Positions 22,304-32,881 of a DNA stretch of 64,000 nt are shown one piece after another. The notes under the pieces were generated by a model. The model saw nothing but the letters and a program-made list of their open reading frames with translations, had not been told where the DNA came from and made no database searches. The translations under genes and the position numbers were made by a program. Numbering within the stretch: position 1 is the stretch's first letter; each line of letters opens with the position of its first letter. Source of the stretch: Cladosporium halotolerans (lineage: Eukaryota); the NCBI RefSeq assembly GCF_011745625.1, contig NW_027191458.1, positions 744,001 to 808,000 of the forward strand, read 5' to 3'.

Positions 22304-23875
22304 CTACTTCTCGCTCTTGAGCGTCGGGAGCTCCTTCACGGCCTCGGCGATGATCTTCAGGGCAGTCTTGATCTGGTCCTCGTCGATGACAAGAGGCGGC
22401 GCGAGACGGATGATGTTCTGATGGGTGGGCTTGGCCTGCGGAGGAAACGTTATGTTAGCGTCAGGTCGATCGACGGAGGTCGCAGTCGTGGCCCTCTCCT
22501 CAGCAGCCGCACCAGTGTGTCCAGTAGTTCCGGACCCTATGGTGGGGTCTATGGGCTCCATGGACACAGTTGGCAGGGCAGCTGAGGTAGTGGAGGACTT
22601 GAAATGAGCGATTTTGAGGGCACGGCCTACCAGAAGTCCCTTCTCCTTCATCAACATGCACAGATCCCACGCACTGTGGCCACCGGTCTTCGACTCGTCG
22701 ATAATGATGGCGTTGAGCAGACCCTTGCCACGGATGGTGGTGATCATGGGGTCTTGCTTCTGGATGTCGCGCAGGCCTTGACGGAAGATCTCGCCGAGGC
22801 GCTCGGCACGCTCTGTGAGTTGCTCCTCTTCCACGATCTCGAGTGCCTTGATAGCCACAGCAGAGCCCAGAGGGTTACCGCCGTATGTCGAGCCGTGGGT
22901 GCCGGGCTCGATGGTGAGCATGACATCCTTCCTGCCGAGGACGCAGGACACAGGGTACATGCCACCAGAGATAGCCTTGCCGAGCAGGACAATGTCTGGC
23001 TTGATGCCTGACCACTCGTGGCAGAGCAGCTTGCCGGTTCTGGCGATACCAGTCTGGATCTCGTCGACCATCATGAGGACATTGTGCTTGTCGCAGAGCT
23101 GGCGCACACGGCGCAGGTAGTCCTCGTCGGGAACCACAATTCCAGCCTCGCCCTGAATGGGCTCGACAAGGAACCCAGCAACCTCCTTGCCGTGCGCCTC
23201 GAAGGCAGCCTCAAGCGCCTCGACATCGTTGTAGGGAATCGCCTTTCCAGTCGCCGGGCAGTAGGCGCCGACACCAGGCAGGTAAGGGCCGTAGTTCTCT
23301 CTGCTCTCGGGATCGGTCGACATGGTGATCGCCGCGAAAGTCCTGCCGTGGAAGTTCTCCTGGACGCTGAAGACCAGTGCCTTGTCCTTGGGGATGCCCT
23401 TACTCTTGTAGCCCCACTTGCGCGCGATCTTGACGGCGGTCTCGACGGCCTCGGCGCCGGTGTTCATGGGCAGCACCATGTCGAAGCCGGTCATGCTGGT
23501 GATCTTCTCGGCGAACTTGGGGAAGACATCGTTGTAGAATGCTCTGCTGCTGAGCGTCAGACGGCTGGCTTGGTCCACGAGCGCCTGGATCAGCTTCGGG
23601 TGGCAGTGGCCCTGGTTGACGGCGGAGTAGGCAGAGAGGAAGTCGAGGTAGTGCTTGCCCTCGGGATCCCACACGCTGCATCCTTGCGCTTTGGCGAACA
23701 CAATGGGCAGAGGGTGGTAGTTGTGCGCGGCGTATGCGGCCTCAGAGGTCATAGCCTCTTTCGATGTGGAAGCATGGTATGAGGAGGTTTGGGTGGGCGG
23801 TGTGAATGTGGCAGCTTTGGCATTGAGGTTGCTGTCGACGCCATTGCCGTTTGTCTCGACCGCCATGGGTGCCAT
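22304..23875 (-). CDS. car2: Ornithine aminotransferase, class III PLP-dependent (intron 22436-22630)
   Basis: Motifs [63 protein letters not shown] (PLP Lys), [30 protein letters not shown] is restored by removing GTAGGC..GCTAAC..CAG. Confidence 0.97.
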   Translation of the reverse strand: MAPMAVETNGNGVDSNLNAKAATFTPPTQTSSYHASTSKEAMTSEAAYAAHNYHPLPIVFAKAQGCSVWDPEGKHYLDFLSAYSAVNQGHCHPKLIQALVDQASRLTLSSRAFYNDVFPKFAEKITSMTGFDMVLPMNTGAEAVETAVKIARKWGYKSKGIPKDKALVFSVQENFHGRTFAAITMSTDPESRENYGPYLPGVGAYCPATGKAIPYNDVEALEAAFEAHGKEVAGFLVEPIQGEAGIVVPDEDYLRRVRQLCDKHNVLMMVDEIQTGIARTGKLLCHEWSGIKPDIVLLGKAISGGMYPVSCVLGRKDVMLTIEPGTHGSTYGGNPLGSAVAIKALEIVEEEQLTERAERLGEIFRQGLRDIQKQDPMITTIRGKGLLNAIIIDESKTGGHSAWDLCMLMKEKGLLVGRALKIAHFKSSTTSAALPTVSMEPIDPTIGSGTTGHTGAAAEERATTATSVDRPDANITFPPQAKPTHQNIIRLAPPLVIDEDQIKTALKIIAEAVKELPTLKSEK

Positions 23876-24153
23876 GTTGTGCGGTTGTCGGAAGATACAA
23901 GTAGAGTGAGCGCCGGCGTGGGGTAGTGGAGGGGTAAATGCTGGGGATATCGGTGAATTATTGGCGCGAGGAACACGTGGGAAGTTTGAGTGAATCTTAT
24001 CGCGGAGAGAATCAAGGAAAATGAACTGGACGGCGGGTTGATCGCCAGATCTTATACCACAGGCGACGGGCGAGGGCGACAGAACTCAACCACGGCGTGG
24101 GCGATGGCAAACGGGCCCCTCCCCACCGCGCGGCAGCCAATCGCGGAGGATTT

Positions 24154-24236
24154 TGGTTATACCTGCGCTTAAGGAATGTCGTCTGGCTATTCCTGCGCTT
24201 AGGAGGCAGCGAGATGGCTCGGCCTGCACTTAGGGG
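24154..24236. promoter_or_regulatory. Three tandem degenerate copies of TGGYT-N3-CCTGCRCTTA(A)GG at 30/31-bp spacing upstream of car2
   Basis: tggttatacctgcgcttaagg (24154), tggctattcctgcgcttagg (24184), tggctcggcctgcacttagg (24215). Adjacent CCAAT (~24137) and a CreA-type CCCCAC (24121). A regulatory role is inferred. Confidence 0.5.
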
Positions 24237-24924
24237 AATTCGTATGACTTATATCAACCCCTAGACTTTCTCGCCCGGATACGCTCGCGATAGTCATGTG
24301 CCCGTGGCTCCACCATGACCGCGCCGCTTAGTCGCGGCAATCTCGTAATGTGTGATTGGGCGGTTGCGCCGCGACGCTGCGGTATCGCCGGCGAGAGTCT
24401 TCTGGTCGTTGTTCTACCTACGCCGTCTGCGCTGGCCTGCGATTCTCACGTGCGAGCCGACATCAAGGTGTACTACTCTGCCCGGCCGTGGCCTCACCCA
24501 CGCCCATGCAGGTACCCAGCAAATCAGATCATCTCTGCATCCCCAGACATCACATTCTGGCCACACGAGGATTCAAGCCACCCGTTGCACGACTTGGCTT
24601 GCTGGTGAGCCGCACAAGGGTGGCCATAAGCCGCCGGCATTTTCGCCGAGGTCGCTCGGACACCAATGCTGGAATAACAACTCTGGCAAACGCTGAAACG
24701 CAAGCATCACAAAGCGTACAGCACTACAAATGGCATGTGAGGCAAAAACGCAGGTGACCGCCCTCGCCACGGAATCCCGGTGTTAAGGGGAGACTCGGCG
24801 AGGGGGCCTAAAAGACGCCGCTGGGATTCGTTCTGGCCCGCCAATATGACCATCCAGTCCATCGAAATACGGTCTAGTGGTTGATTATGCGTTCCGTTTC
24901 GTTATGAAATGTGTGTAAGGAGAG

Positions 24925-25290
24925 AAAAAGGAAGCGCTCGCGAGCGCAAGCGAGAATTGCATTTTGTGCAGCCAGCCTCCCACGCCAAGCGTCTGGCTTC
25001 TCCTCCGCGGTCGGTCCGTGCCTGCACCGTCGCTCTACTTTTCTTCGGAACTTCGCTGGCGGAACCGTCCTCTCTTCACCAACAAGCAACAGCACCTCGT
25101 GCCTTCGCTCGCACACTCGCTGCGAGCCGAAAGCACAAAGCTGCGTTGCTCTGCCAAGGTAGGTACCGCGCTCGCCAGGACTCTCGCTTCCGCAAGCAGG
25201 TTCCCTCCGAGTACGAACACGACAGCACAATGTCACCCACGATTTGCCTGCTTCCTGGCTCCCAAACATAGCCAGGCAGCTTACTTCATC
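24925..25290 (-). ncRNA. Candidate structured non-coding RNA of unassigned family
   Basis: Contiguous hand-identified helices: 25254-60/25270-76, 25194-200/25247-53, 25182-89/24948-55, 25173-78/25056-61, a long hairpin 25085-25150, and ~24970-24998. G-U pairs in the long hairpin work only on the minus strand. A T5 run lies at 24929-24925. Confidence 0.5.
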
Positions 25291-26000
25291 ATATCAGTGG
25301 AAGATAAACCCCCCGCTTGGGGGCGGCGATTAGCAGCGCCGCGTCTTCTCCACCCTTCGCTCTGCGTTTTTATCAGAGTACAAGGACTAATACAGGACGA
25401 ACATACCCGTAGCTATTTTGATTCTTTAGTGGAATTCGTGGAACGTGAAGTACCCGTCGCTGGGCGTCTGTTAGTCTGGCTTGGACCTATCGAACATGCC
25501 TTGAAATGCTGTCGAGCATCTGACGAGCATTTGTGCGGACGAATGCCGTCGCCAGAGCTCCAGTGCATGTCTCGTTGCCCAAAGATCCGTGTGGTAGGTT
25601 GTCACGCCTTGTGCACACCTCGTCTTCTCAAATCACTGTATGAATGCATAATGCTACTTCAATCTGGACTACATATGCTTTTATCATTTCCAACCCAAGA
25701 AGGGTCCAAGCGATGCACGGCGATGCTAGCAAAGTCCTTCAATCGACACAAAAGGAACCGTCCCAATGCAATGGGGTGTAGTCAAAAGGGTAGAAGACAA
25801 GAAGGGAAGCCGTTCCAGAATCGAAGAATCGAAAAGCAAGCGCCAAACAAAAAAAGAAAAATCCATCGTACATGAACCCCATCCAGAGAATCGAAGAGAA
25901 AAAGAAGCTTCTCCGACTCTTCCCCGCTTTCATTCATATGCCAATCCATCCAAACAAGCAAATAGAAAACCATACATCATCCTCGTCCTCATCCTCATCC

Positions 26001-28139
26001 TCATCTCACATACCTTGCGCTCAACCCCGCAAACGCATCCGGGCTGTGTCGCCCGCTGCCCGCGAAGCCCTGGAAGTCCGCGCTCTCGTGGCTCACGTGC
26101 CTGGTGCCGCCGCTGTGCATGGCGGGCGGGGGCTGGGCCTGCTGCTGCGCGAAGGGGTTCATCGTGCCGCTAAGGGGCATCGTGGCGCTGCGCTGGGGGA
26201 GTTGCGAGGCCTGCTGTTGTTGCTGGGGAGCCGCCATGGGAGCGGGGATGCTGTCTTCGGGGAGCGTCTGGAGCGGTCGCTGGGGTGCGAGGTGCGGGTA
26301 GTTGTAGAGGGCGAGGATGGAGGATTTGTCGGAGCGTGGTGGGTTGGATGCAAATTGTTGCTGGGCGAATTGTTGCTGCTGCGGCTGCATTTGCTGCTGC
26401 TGGAGTGGGGGCGCCATTTGCTGCGGTTGTTGCGGTGCTTGCTGCTGGGGCATGCCTGTCTGCTGCGGAGCCAGCTGCGTCTGCCAGAAGGGGTTTTGCG
26501 TGGATTGAGGCGACAGGGTTCGTGCGGTCTGCTGAGGTACCATGGGCTGTGTCTGGTACATTTGCTGTTGCTGCTGGACTTGTGGCTGCTGAGGTGCACT
26601 GAAAAAGTCTTCCTGCTTGCCGTAGACTGGCTGAGGAGACTGCATCATCGGCTGCTGCTGCAAGAAGTTTGGTTGAGCGGGTGCCTGTGGCTGCTGCTGC
26701 CATGACATCCCGAATGGGTTGCTGGTCTTCTGTGTTGGCGGAGACTGCGATTGCGGCTCCATAGGCTGCGCCCATGGGTTGCTGGGCGTGAAAACCTGCG
26801 ATCTCGAGGTTCGGAGGAAAGGATTGCCAGTTTGCTGAGGTGAAATCATGGATTGTTGCTGCTGTTGCGGTTGTTGATATTGTTGACCATACGCGGCGGT
26901 GGTAATAGGCTGTTGCGGCATCTGCTGACCGCCCCATGGGTTGGTGGGTTGCTGCCAGGGATTGCTCTGAAACTGTGCTTGCGGTTGAGCGTTCTGCGGT
27001 TGAGCGTACTGCTGCTGTACCGGCATTGGCTGAGACACCTGCAAGTTCTGGAAACTTTGCTCAAGCGGCTGCTGTGTTGGCGCTTGAGGCAGGAAAGGGT
27101 TCCAGTTTCCAGTGGGTATCGCGGCGCTCGTGGATCTTGTATTGGTCTGAGGTAAGGGTACCGTGGCTGACCTCTGTGTCTGCTGCTCGTCCAGCGCTTC
27201 CCACGGATCAGATGACGCCTTGTTCTCTTGCTGCCGCCTCTTTTCGACCGTGATACCGTTCAGTCCAGAGCTGCTCATTGACACAGGCGTCAAAGCCCTG
27301 GCACTCGACGCCTCTGTCCTTGTCGGCGCTTTGTGTTCCTCAGCCAAAATGTCCACGGCTCTATCCAGGACTCCATTCGTGCTCTTCAGAACTTCGGAAT
27401 TCCTCCTGCTATCCGTAAAGCCCATGTCGCGCAAAGTCGCCAGCTTCTGGTCGAAGTTATTGCTCACGCTCGTTATCCTCATCCCGAAAATCTGGCTTGG
27501 CTTGCTCGACTGAACATCCATAGGCTCTGCTGCCCGCTCGCTCCCGTTGTATGTCGGCGAAAGAGGAGGCGTGAAAACATCCTGCTTTCGGCGTCCTCCA
27601 AAGGACGAGCTCGCAGAACGCAGACTGAATCCAAACTTCTTGCCCGGCTTCGGTGGCAGAGGAGGCGGTTCGTCTCCAACTGATCCCGTGCTCGTGCTGC
27701 CTGTGTAATGCTGCGCCGCGGCCGGCCTTTGGCCTCCTCCGCCGTTACCACCCGAGAAGGACCTGTATTCGTACTTCTGCCGAATGTATCTCTCCAGAAC
27801 ACCATCGACCTCGTCAACATCAATAGGGATCTCAGCCTTCACGTTCTGCGGGTTGTAGAGCTTGTTCGAAGCGGCGTTTCCAGTCTTCTTCATAGAGTCC
27901 ACCTGCTCCGTGCCCCAGGTGTCCATACTCAGGCTTTTCACTTTGCTGACGTGCGTACCCAGCTTCCTGTGCAGGGCCGCGCAGCGCATGCACAAGAAAA
28001 TGCCTAGGTTCCAGCTGGCCCATCCTGGATTCTTTGCGCTGCAGTCCGCGCATCGGTCGTTACCCGGAACGGAGCGAATGAGGTCCTGGAGCGCCTTCTC
28101 ATGGCGGGCTTGCTGTCGCTTGGAGATTGCCGAGGCCAT
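26001..28139 (-). CDS. ArfGAP plus UBA domain protein (Gts1/Ucp3-like) with a Gln-rich NPF/NPW-repeat tail
   Basis: ArfGAP zinc finger CADC-x16-CMRC followed by [20 protein letters not shown]-like [24 protein letters not shown]. Multiple NPF/NPW motifs. Start [14 protein letters not shown]. Confidence 0.92.
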   Translation of the reverse strand: MASAISKRQQARHEKALQDLIRSVPGNDRCADCSAKNPGWASWNLGIFLCMRCAALHRKLGTHVSKVKSLSMDTWGTEQVDSMKKTGNAASNKLYNPQNVKAEIPIDVDEVDGVLERYIRQKYEYRSFSGGNGGGGQRPAAAQHYTGSTSTGSVGDEPPPLPPKPGKKFGFSLRSASSSFGGRRKQDVFTPPLSPTYNGSERAAEPMDVQSSKPSQIFGMRITSVSNNFDQKLATLRDMGFTDSRRNSEVLKSTNGVLDRAVDILAEEHKAPTRTEASSARALTPVSMSSSGLNGITVEKRRQQENKASSDPWEALDEQQTQRSATVPLPQTNTRSTSAAIPTGNWNPFLPQAPTQQPLEQSFQNLQVSQPMPVQQQYAQPQNAQPQAQFQSNPWQQPTNPWGGQQMPQQPITTAAYGQQYQQPQQQQQSMISPQQTGNPFLRTSRSQVFTPSNPWAQPMEPQSQSPPTQKTSNPFGMSWQQQPQAPAQPNFLQQQPMMQSPQPVYGKQEDFFSAPQQPQVQQQQQMYQTQPMVPQQTARTLSPQSTQNPFWQTQLAPQQTGMPQQQAPQQPQQMAPPLQQQQMQPQQQQFAQQQFASNPPRSDKSSILALYNYPHLAPQRPLQTLPEDSIPAPMAAPQQQQQASQLPQRSATMPLSGTMNPFAQQQAQPPPAMHSGGTRHVSHESADFQGFAGSGRHSPDAFAGLSARYVR

Positions 28140-29522
28140 GGTTCTCGTGTTCCGCTCTGGCGGAGAGTCCGGTCGCGCAAGACACGTGCGACAAGGTGCG
28201 GCGTCGGCGGGCAAAGGTAGAAATACAAGCAACGGGCGGGCGCGGGTGTGGTGGCGCGACACACCGGATGGGCGAAGGAACAAATGACGAGGCGAAAGGA
28301 GTGTCACGGCCGCAGTGCTGTTGACCGCGCGGCACGGATTACATGGAAGATTACAGTCGCTGACGAAGTGCAAAAGGCAGTTGTGGAGGGGGCCATCTTC
28401 AAGCCCAGGCGAGACCAGCGCAGCCAGGGGAAGCGGAGAATCGCAACGGCGCTAGGGCGGTGCTGCCAATAATAAGCTTTACGTTGGCTCTTCAGTCTTC
28501 ATCCTTACCGAACCTAACGGACTCTATCTGACACTTCATGTGGTGGATTCTACTCGATCTATCTTGGTCTCAGCCTGTCACATCCCGGTCTCCCATGCGC
28601 AGAGCCAATACGAGCAGAAGAGCTTGCCTGCTCGTCTCGTCTTCCAGCTCAATTTACGCGACGCCTCCCCCATACGCGTGCGTGACTCGGGGCGTGCAGT
28701 AGTCGGTCGAGGCGTCAGCCAATGAAAGGGTTAGACCGAAATGAGGGTGGTACTCCCAAGAAGCGTCGAAGGATCGTGGAAGATACCTCGGATCAGAGGT
28801 GCCTTGTGGCGATGAGAACCAAAGCACTCAGGAAATGCGTCAAGGTCGTGGGGAGTCTATGACACTTGAAGTCTAAGTACTTCTCGAAGTCTGGACGAGC
28901 AGGAAAATACTCAGCTGTCTCTCGACTTATGAGCTGAACCCTGCAAGTGATCCGCGCCCAATCCTTGAGAATGCAGGGGGAGTATCTATAGGCGGCGAAC
29001 GACCGAAGGTGAAGTATGCTCAGTAGTAGTTGCTTGTGCTTCTGTTACGACTTTTCTGTGGACCCAGTATAGTGACAGATGTCACCGTAGACGGGGGACA
29101 GTATCAGTGTAAGAGCCATGTGGCTACCAACGATAGACGTGAATTGTACCGCAATTGCACGTCCATGGCGGTCGATTGACGTGTAGGCGTCCTCGTTCCA
29201 GCCGACCCTGATCCTTCATGAACTGTGGAGGATTTTGATCTGCCCTCGGAACGTGGCATTCCCTTGTCTGCATGTGGTTGCAGACAGGGGCCATGATTCG
29301 ATGCTCACGTCGTGCAGCTAATGATGGGCTGCATAGCGTGCATTACCTTTTCATCATGTGATGATCGGCCTGCTTGTCACCCATGTCGAAGGTAGTTGCA
29401 AGAAACTTTACCCACCAGAAGTGAGCATGAGCTTGAAGGAAAGGCTATGAAGTATTCCCCCTGAAACCAGAGTCGATCGAACATTCATCTAACTTTTAAA
29501 TTCCTTTCTACGTGATAATCGT

Positions 29523-30371
29523 TCACTCATTGCTGACAGCCATGACAAGCGAGCCACTGCCTTCGGTATTTTGTGCGTCCAGCTGCGACATTTCCTCCTG
29601 GGTCAACTCAAAGCCGTAGACGTCCGCGTTCTGTGCAATACGCTCGGAGTTGTCACTCTTCGGAAGAGGTATCCAATCCTTCTGCAGGCAGTATCTCAGC
29701 AGAACCTGGGCCGTGCTCTTTCCATGCTCGCTCGCAATACCTGAGAGCACCGGATCGTTGGCCTTCTGGTTGCGCACCAGCGGGCAGTATGCCTCGACCA
29801 CCACGCCGTTCTTCTGGCAGTACGAGACGATTTCGCGCTGCTGCAGCCACGGGTGAAGCTCAAGCTGGTTGACCGCAGGCGGCCATACCTTGGCATACTC
29901 CTTCATGCGGTCGATGTTGCCGATGCCGAAGTTGCTGACGCCAATGGCCTTCAGCTTACCCTCGCCCTGCAGCTTCTCCATGGCTTGCCACATCATCTTC
30001 ACACCGTCGGGGCCGGCGGTGCTGTTGTGGATGAGCATGAGGTCGAGGTAGCCATTGTCACCGTCGATCTTCTGAATGCTCTCGAGGATTTTCTTGTAGG
30101 TCGACTCGTCGTCGTCGGCGGGCTTGAGGACCTTGCTGGTCACGAAGATATCCTCGCGCTTGAGTCCAGACTCGCGGACTGCCTTGCCCACTTCAGCCTC
30201 ATTGCCGTAGACCTGTGCGGTGTCGATGTGTCTGTAGCCAGTCTTAAGAGCGGAAAGGCAAGACTGGGTTGTAAGGTGTGCAGGCGAGTCCCACACACCG
30301 AATCCTAGGCGTGGGATAGCTGTGCCCGACTTGAGCTTGAGCGTGGAGTGGAGGGAGAGCGAGGAAGCCAT
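29523..30371 (-). CDS. NADPH-dependent aldo-keto reductase (AKR5/Gcy1-like)
   Basis: IPRLGFG, GYRHIDTAQVYGNE, FVTSK, LDLMLIH, KAIGVSNF, NQLELHP, IPLPKS. The D/Y/K/H catalytic tetrad is present. Confidence 0.95.
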   Translation of the reverse strand: MASSLSLHSTLKLKSGTAIPRLGFGVWDSPAHLTTQSCLSALKTGYRHIDTAQVYGNEAEVGKAVRESGLKREDIFVTSKVLKPADDDESTYKKILESIQKIDGDNGYLDLMLIHNSTAGPDGVKMMWQAMEKLQGEGKLKAIGVSNFGIGNIDRMKEYAKVWPPAVNQLELHPWLQQREIVSYCQKNGVVVEAYCPLVRNQKANDPVLSGIASEHGKSTAQVLLRYCLQKDWIPLPKSDNSERIAQNADVYGFELTQEEMSQLDAQNTEGSGSLVMAVSNE

Positions 30372-30714
30372 TGTGAGGGATTTGAAGGAATGGGAAAATT
30401 TGTTGAAACAGCTGAGTCTGGCGAGGAGCGCGAATCACTTTAAAATTAAGAGCTCCCAATGTCACCAAACGTCATGTATCTGAACTTCCACAACGGGCAT
30501 CGATCCGTCTGTGCCCACGAGCAACAGATCAGCCAGATCCAGGGTCCCACTAAATCATGGCGTCACCAGACGGCCGCTAGCGGCGCGCACCGCACTCGCC
30601 GTCCCGCTCGAAACATGAAGGGAAAAGCTTTGGGCGGCTACCTGACGCATCGGTCTGCAGGGCCCGGCTGGCTGTTGTTGAGACGATCATAAGTATTTTT
30701 CCACGATTTCAAGG

Positions 30715-31934
30715 ATGGTGCTCGAAGCGATCCGCTACCAGCCTGGTAGCCTGCAGATTCTCAACCAGCTCAAACTGCCTCATCAGGAGGAGTATGACGA
30801 GGTCCGCGGCTCCGAGGATGGTTGGCATGCCATCAAGGACATGCGCACTCGTGGAGCGCCTGCGATTGCCATAGTCGCCGCTCTGGCGTTGGCCGTGGAG
30901 CTTCAGAACAACAAGACTTCTGATGTTGCCGAAGAAGTCAAGGTTTTCATCGTTGAGAAGTTGAGGTACCTCGTCACCAGCCGCCCGACTGCTGTCAACC
31001 TGGCGGACGCTGCTGGTAAATTGGAGAAAATCGTCACGAACGCGGCGTCAAAGCCGGACAGCGACGGGACTGCCGTCTCCAAAGCTTACTGCGACGCTGC
31101 TGCCCGTATGCTGATTGACGATGTCTCTGACAATGAAGCGATTGGACAGCACGGTGCTGAGTGGATCTCGAAGAAGGCTGGAGGTGGACAGGTGAGCGTC
31201 GTTACGCATTGCAACACAGGGTATGTAGAAGTTATGCAACTGTCATTGTCTGTGTACTGAGTATGTCCAGTTCGCTTGCCACCGCAGGCTACGGTACGGC
31301 TTTGGGTGTTGTTCGCTCTCTTCACGCCAACGGATCTCTGAAGCATGCTTTCTGTACCGAGACCAGGCCGTACAACCAGGGATCTCGCCTGACTGCATTC
31401 GAGCTTGTGCATGACAAAATCCCATCGACCCTGATCACGGATTCCATGGCGTCCGCTCTGCTCCGTCTTAGGGGTCCCTCTGAGAATATCGCCGCAATCG
31501 TTGTCGGCGCAGATCGCGTGGCGGCAAACGGCGACACCGCCAACAAGATCGGTACCTATCAGCTAGCCATCACTGCGAAGCACCATGGCGTCAAGTTCCT
31601 TGTGGCAGCACCGCGCACAACCATCGACCTCTCCACCGCTTCTGGAGCCGACATCGTGATCGAGGAGCGTCCTGGAAAGGAGATGACCTTTGTCAAGGGC
31701 CCGAGATTCGACGGTGTAGATCTGGACCTTGCGCAGGTGGAAACCGTGAGCATTGCCGCAAACGGTATCAACGTCTGGAACCCGTCCTTTGACGTGACAC
31801 CTGCGGAGTTGATTGACGGCATTATCACTGAGGTGGGCGTGGTCGAGAAGGGCTCGGACGGAAAGTTTGACCTGACGCTTGCCATGGAGGCCAAGAACGA
31901 GGGGGTGAAACCCAACACTGTTGGCGGCTTGTAG
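30715..31934 (+). CDS. MRI1: Methylthioribose-1-phosphate isomerase, methionine salvage (intron 31221-31270)
   Basis: [73 protein letters not shown]. Confidence 0.96.
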
Positions 31935-32138
31935 AGCAGTATTTCCACAACCTCGCATAGCGTTTAGTCTCATTTCGTCGCCAGTCGATCACGCGCCATT
32001 TCGCGACGCTCGCGCACGACCTAGATATCCGTGTCGCCAATCATCATTATCATAAGTCGGTAGAATGTATCTGCTTCGTAGCCCGTAACTCGTAATCTCA
32101 GCGGCAAGTCGCGTTGCTTGGTGGTGCTTCGAGGGCGC

Positions 32139-32440
32139 TCATCGCGAGGCCCCTTCAGCCTTGCCTCCGTCTTTGGTATCTGTCTGCTCTTGCGTAGCCT
32201 GAGTGTCCGCCTGATTTCTCTCGGCCTGTGCTAGCAGCTCTTCAATCCTCGCTTCCATGGCCGTGAGCTGGTTCTCGAGTGCAGTGGCGGTTTGCTCGCC
32301 CTTGGCTAGCTCTTGGAAAGCCTGAATATGTGAGTGCGGTGTCCTGACGGGATGTGGGACAGGGTTATTCGTACCTTAGCCAGGTCCGCCTCGTCGGAGC
32401 CATTGGCATCAGCGCTAGCAACTGGCTTTTCGGGTGCCAT
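32139..32440 (-). CDS. Small coiled-coil hypothetical protein, 82 aa (intron 32322-32374)
   Basis: MAPEKPVASADANGSDEADLAK|AFQELAKGEQTATALENQLTAMEARIEELLAQAERNQADTQ...GASR* via GTACGA..CTCAC..CAG. Clear heptad pattern. Not in the ORF track. Confidence 0.75.
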
Positions 32441-32881
32441 CTCTTCCTATCAATTCTAGGTCAAAGCACATGAATCGACGGATGAAGCACTGATGTTGAG
32501 TGATGCACCGCGAGTCAGTAGTCGGAGTGTTGAACCTCCGCTTGCCGCTGTGGCCGGAGGCCACAGCCTCTATGAGGCTTAGGGCCGGGAGCTCCCGAGG
32601 AAGCTCCTACACCTTCTGTGGATCTTAGTAGATAGATGACCAATGACACACACCTTCTATCAGCCACACCGCGGCCTGCCAAAAGCATCTGTTCCCGTTT
32701 CCGCCCTCGATGATGATGCTTTGGTAAGCACGCCCATTCCATCTCCGTTTCGTCTGTCACTTCTGCCTAGCATTGCTCATATTCGTGACGTTTCGTCTGA
32801 GTAGACTTGGCTGGATTCCATAGTATCAACGCCAAGGAGGTCATCGCTCGTGCTCAGATACTATATCACCCAGGCCCGACC

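Noticed and set aside
24154..24236. Spaced repeats as a CRISPR-like array
   Set aside because: Eukaryotic context, only three degenerate copies, spacers of about 10 nt and no cas genes.
25150..25170. Minus-strand TACCTACCTTGGCAG resembling the U1 snRNA 5' end
   Set aside because: Mismatched to ATACTTACCTGG, with no U1-70K or U1A loops or Sm site in the right positions.
24964..25875. 303-aa plus-strand ORF
   Set aside because: Non-ATG start, no codon bias and no motif. It overlaps the structured-RNA candidate and the likely 3' UTR of the ArfGAP gene.
28720..28740. AGGGTTAG (CTAACCCT on the minus strand) as a telomerase RNA template
   Set aside because: Only 8 nt, no pseudoknot recognised, and a 1.5-2 kb RNA from here would run through the ArfGAP coding region. 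Chance match is likely.
29355..29470. GTGATGA..CTGA as a C/D snoRNA
   Set aside because: No convincing terminal stem or guide, and it lies antisense to the AKR 3' region.
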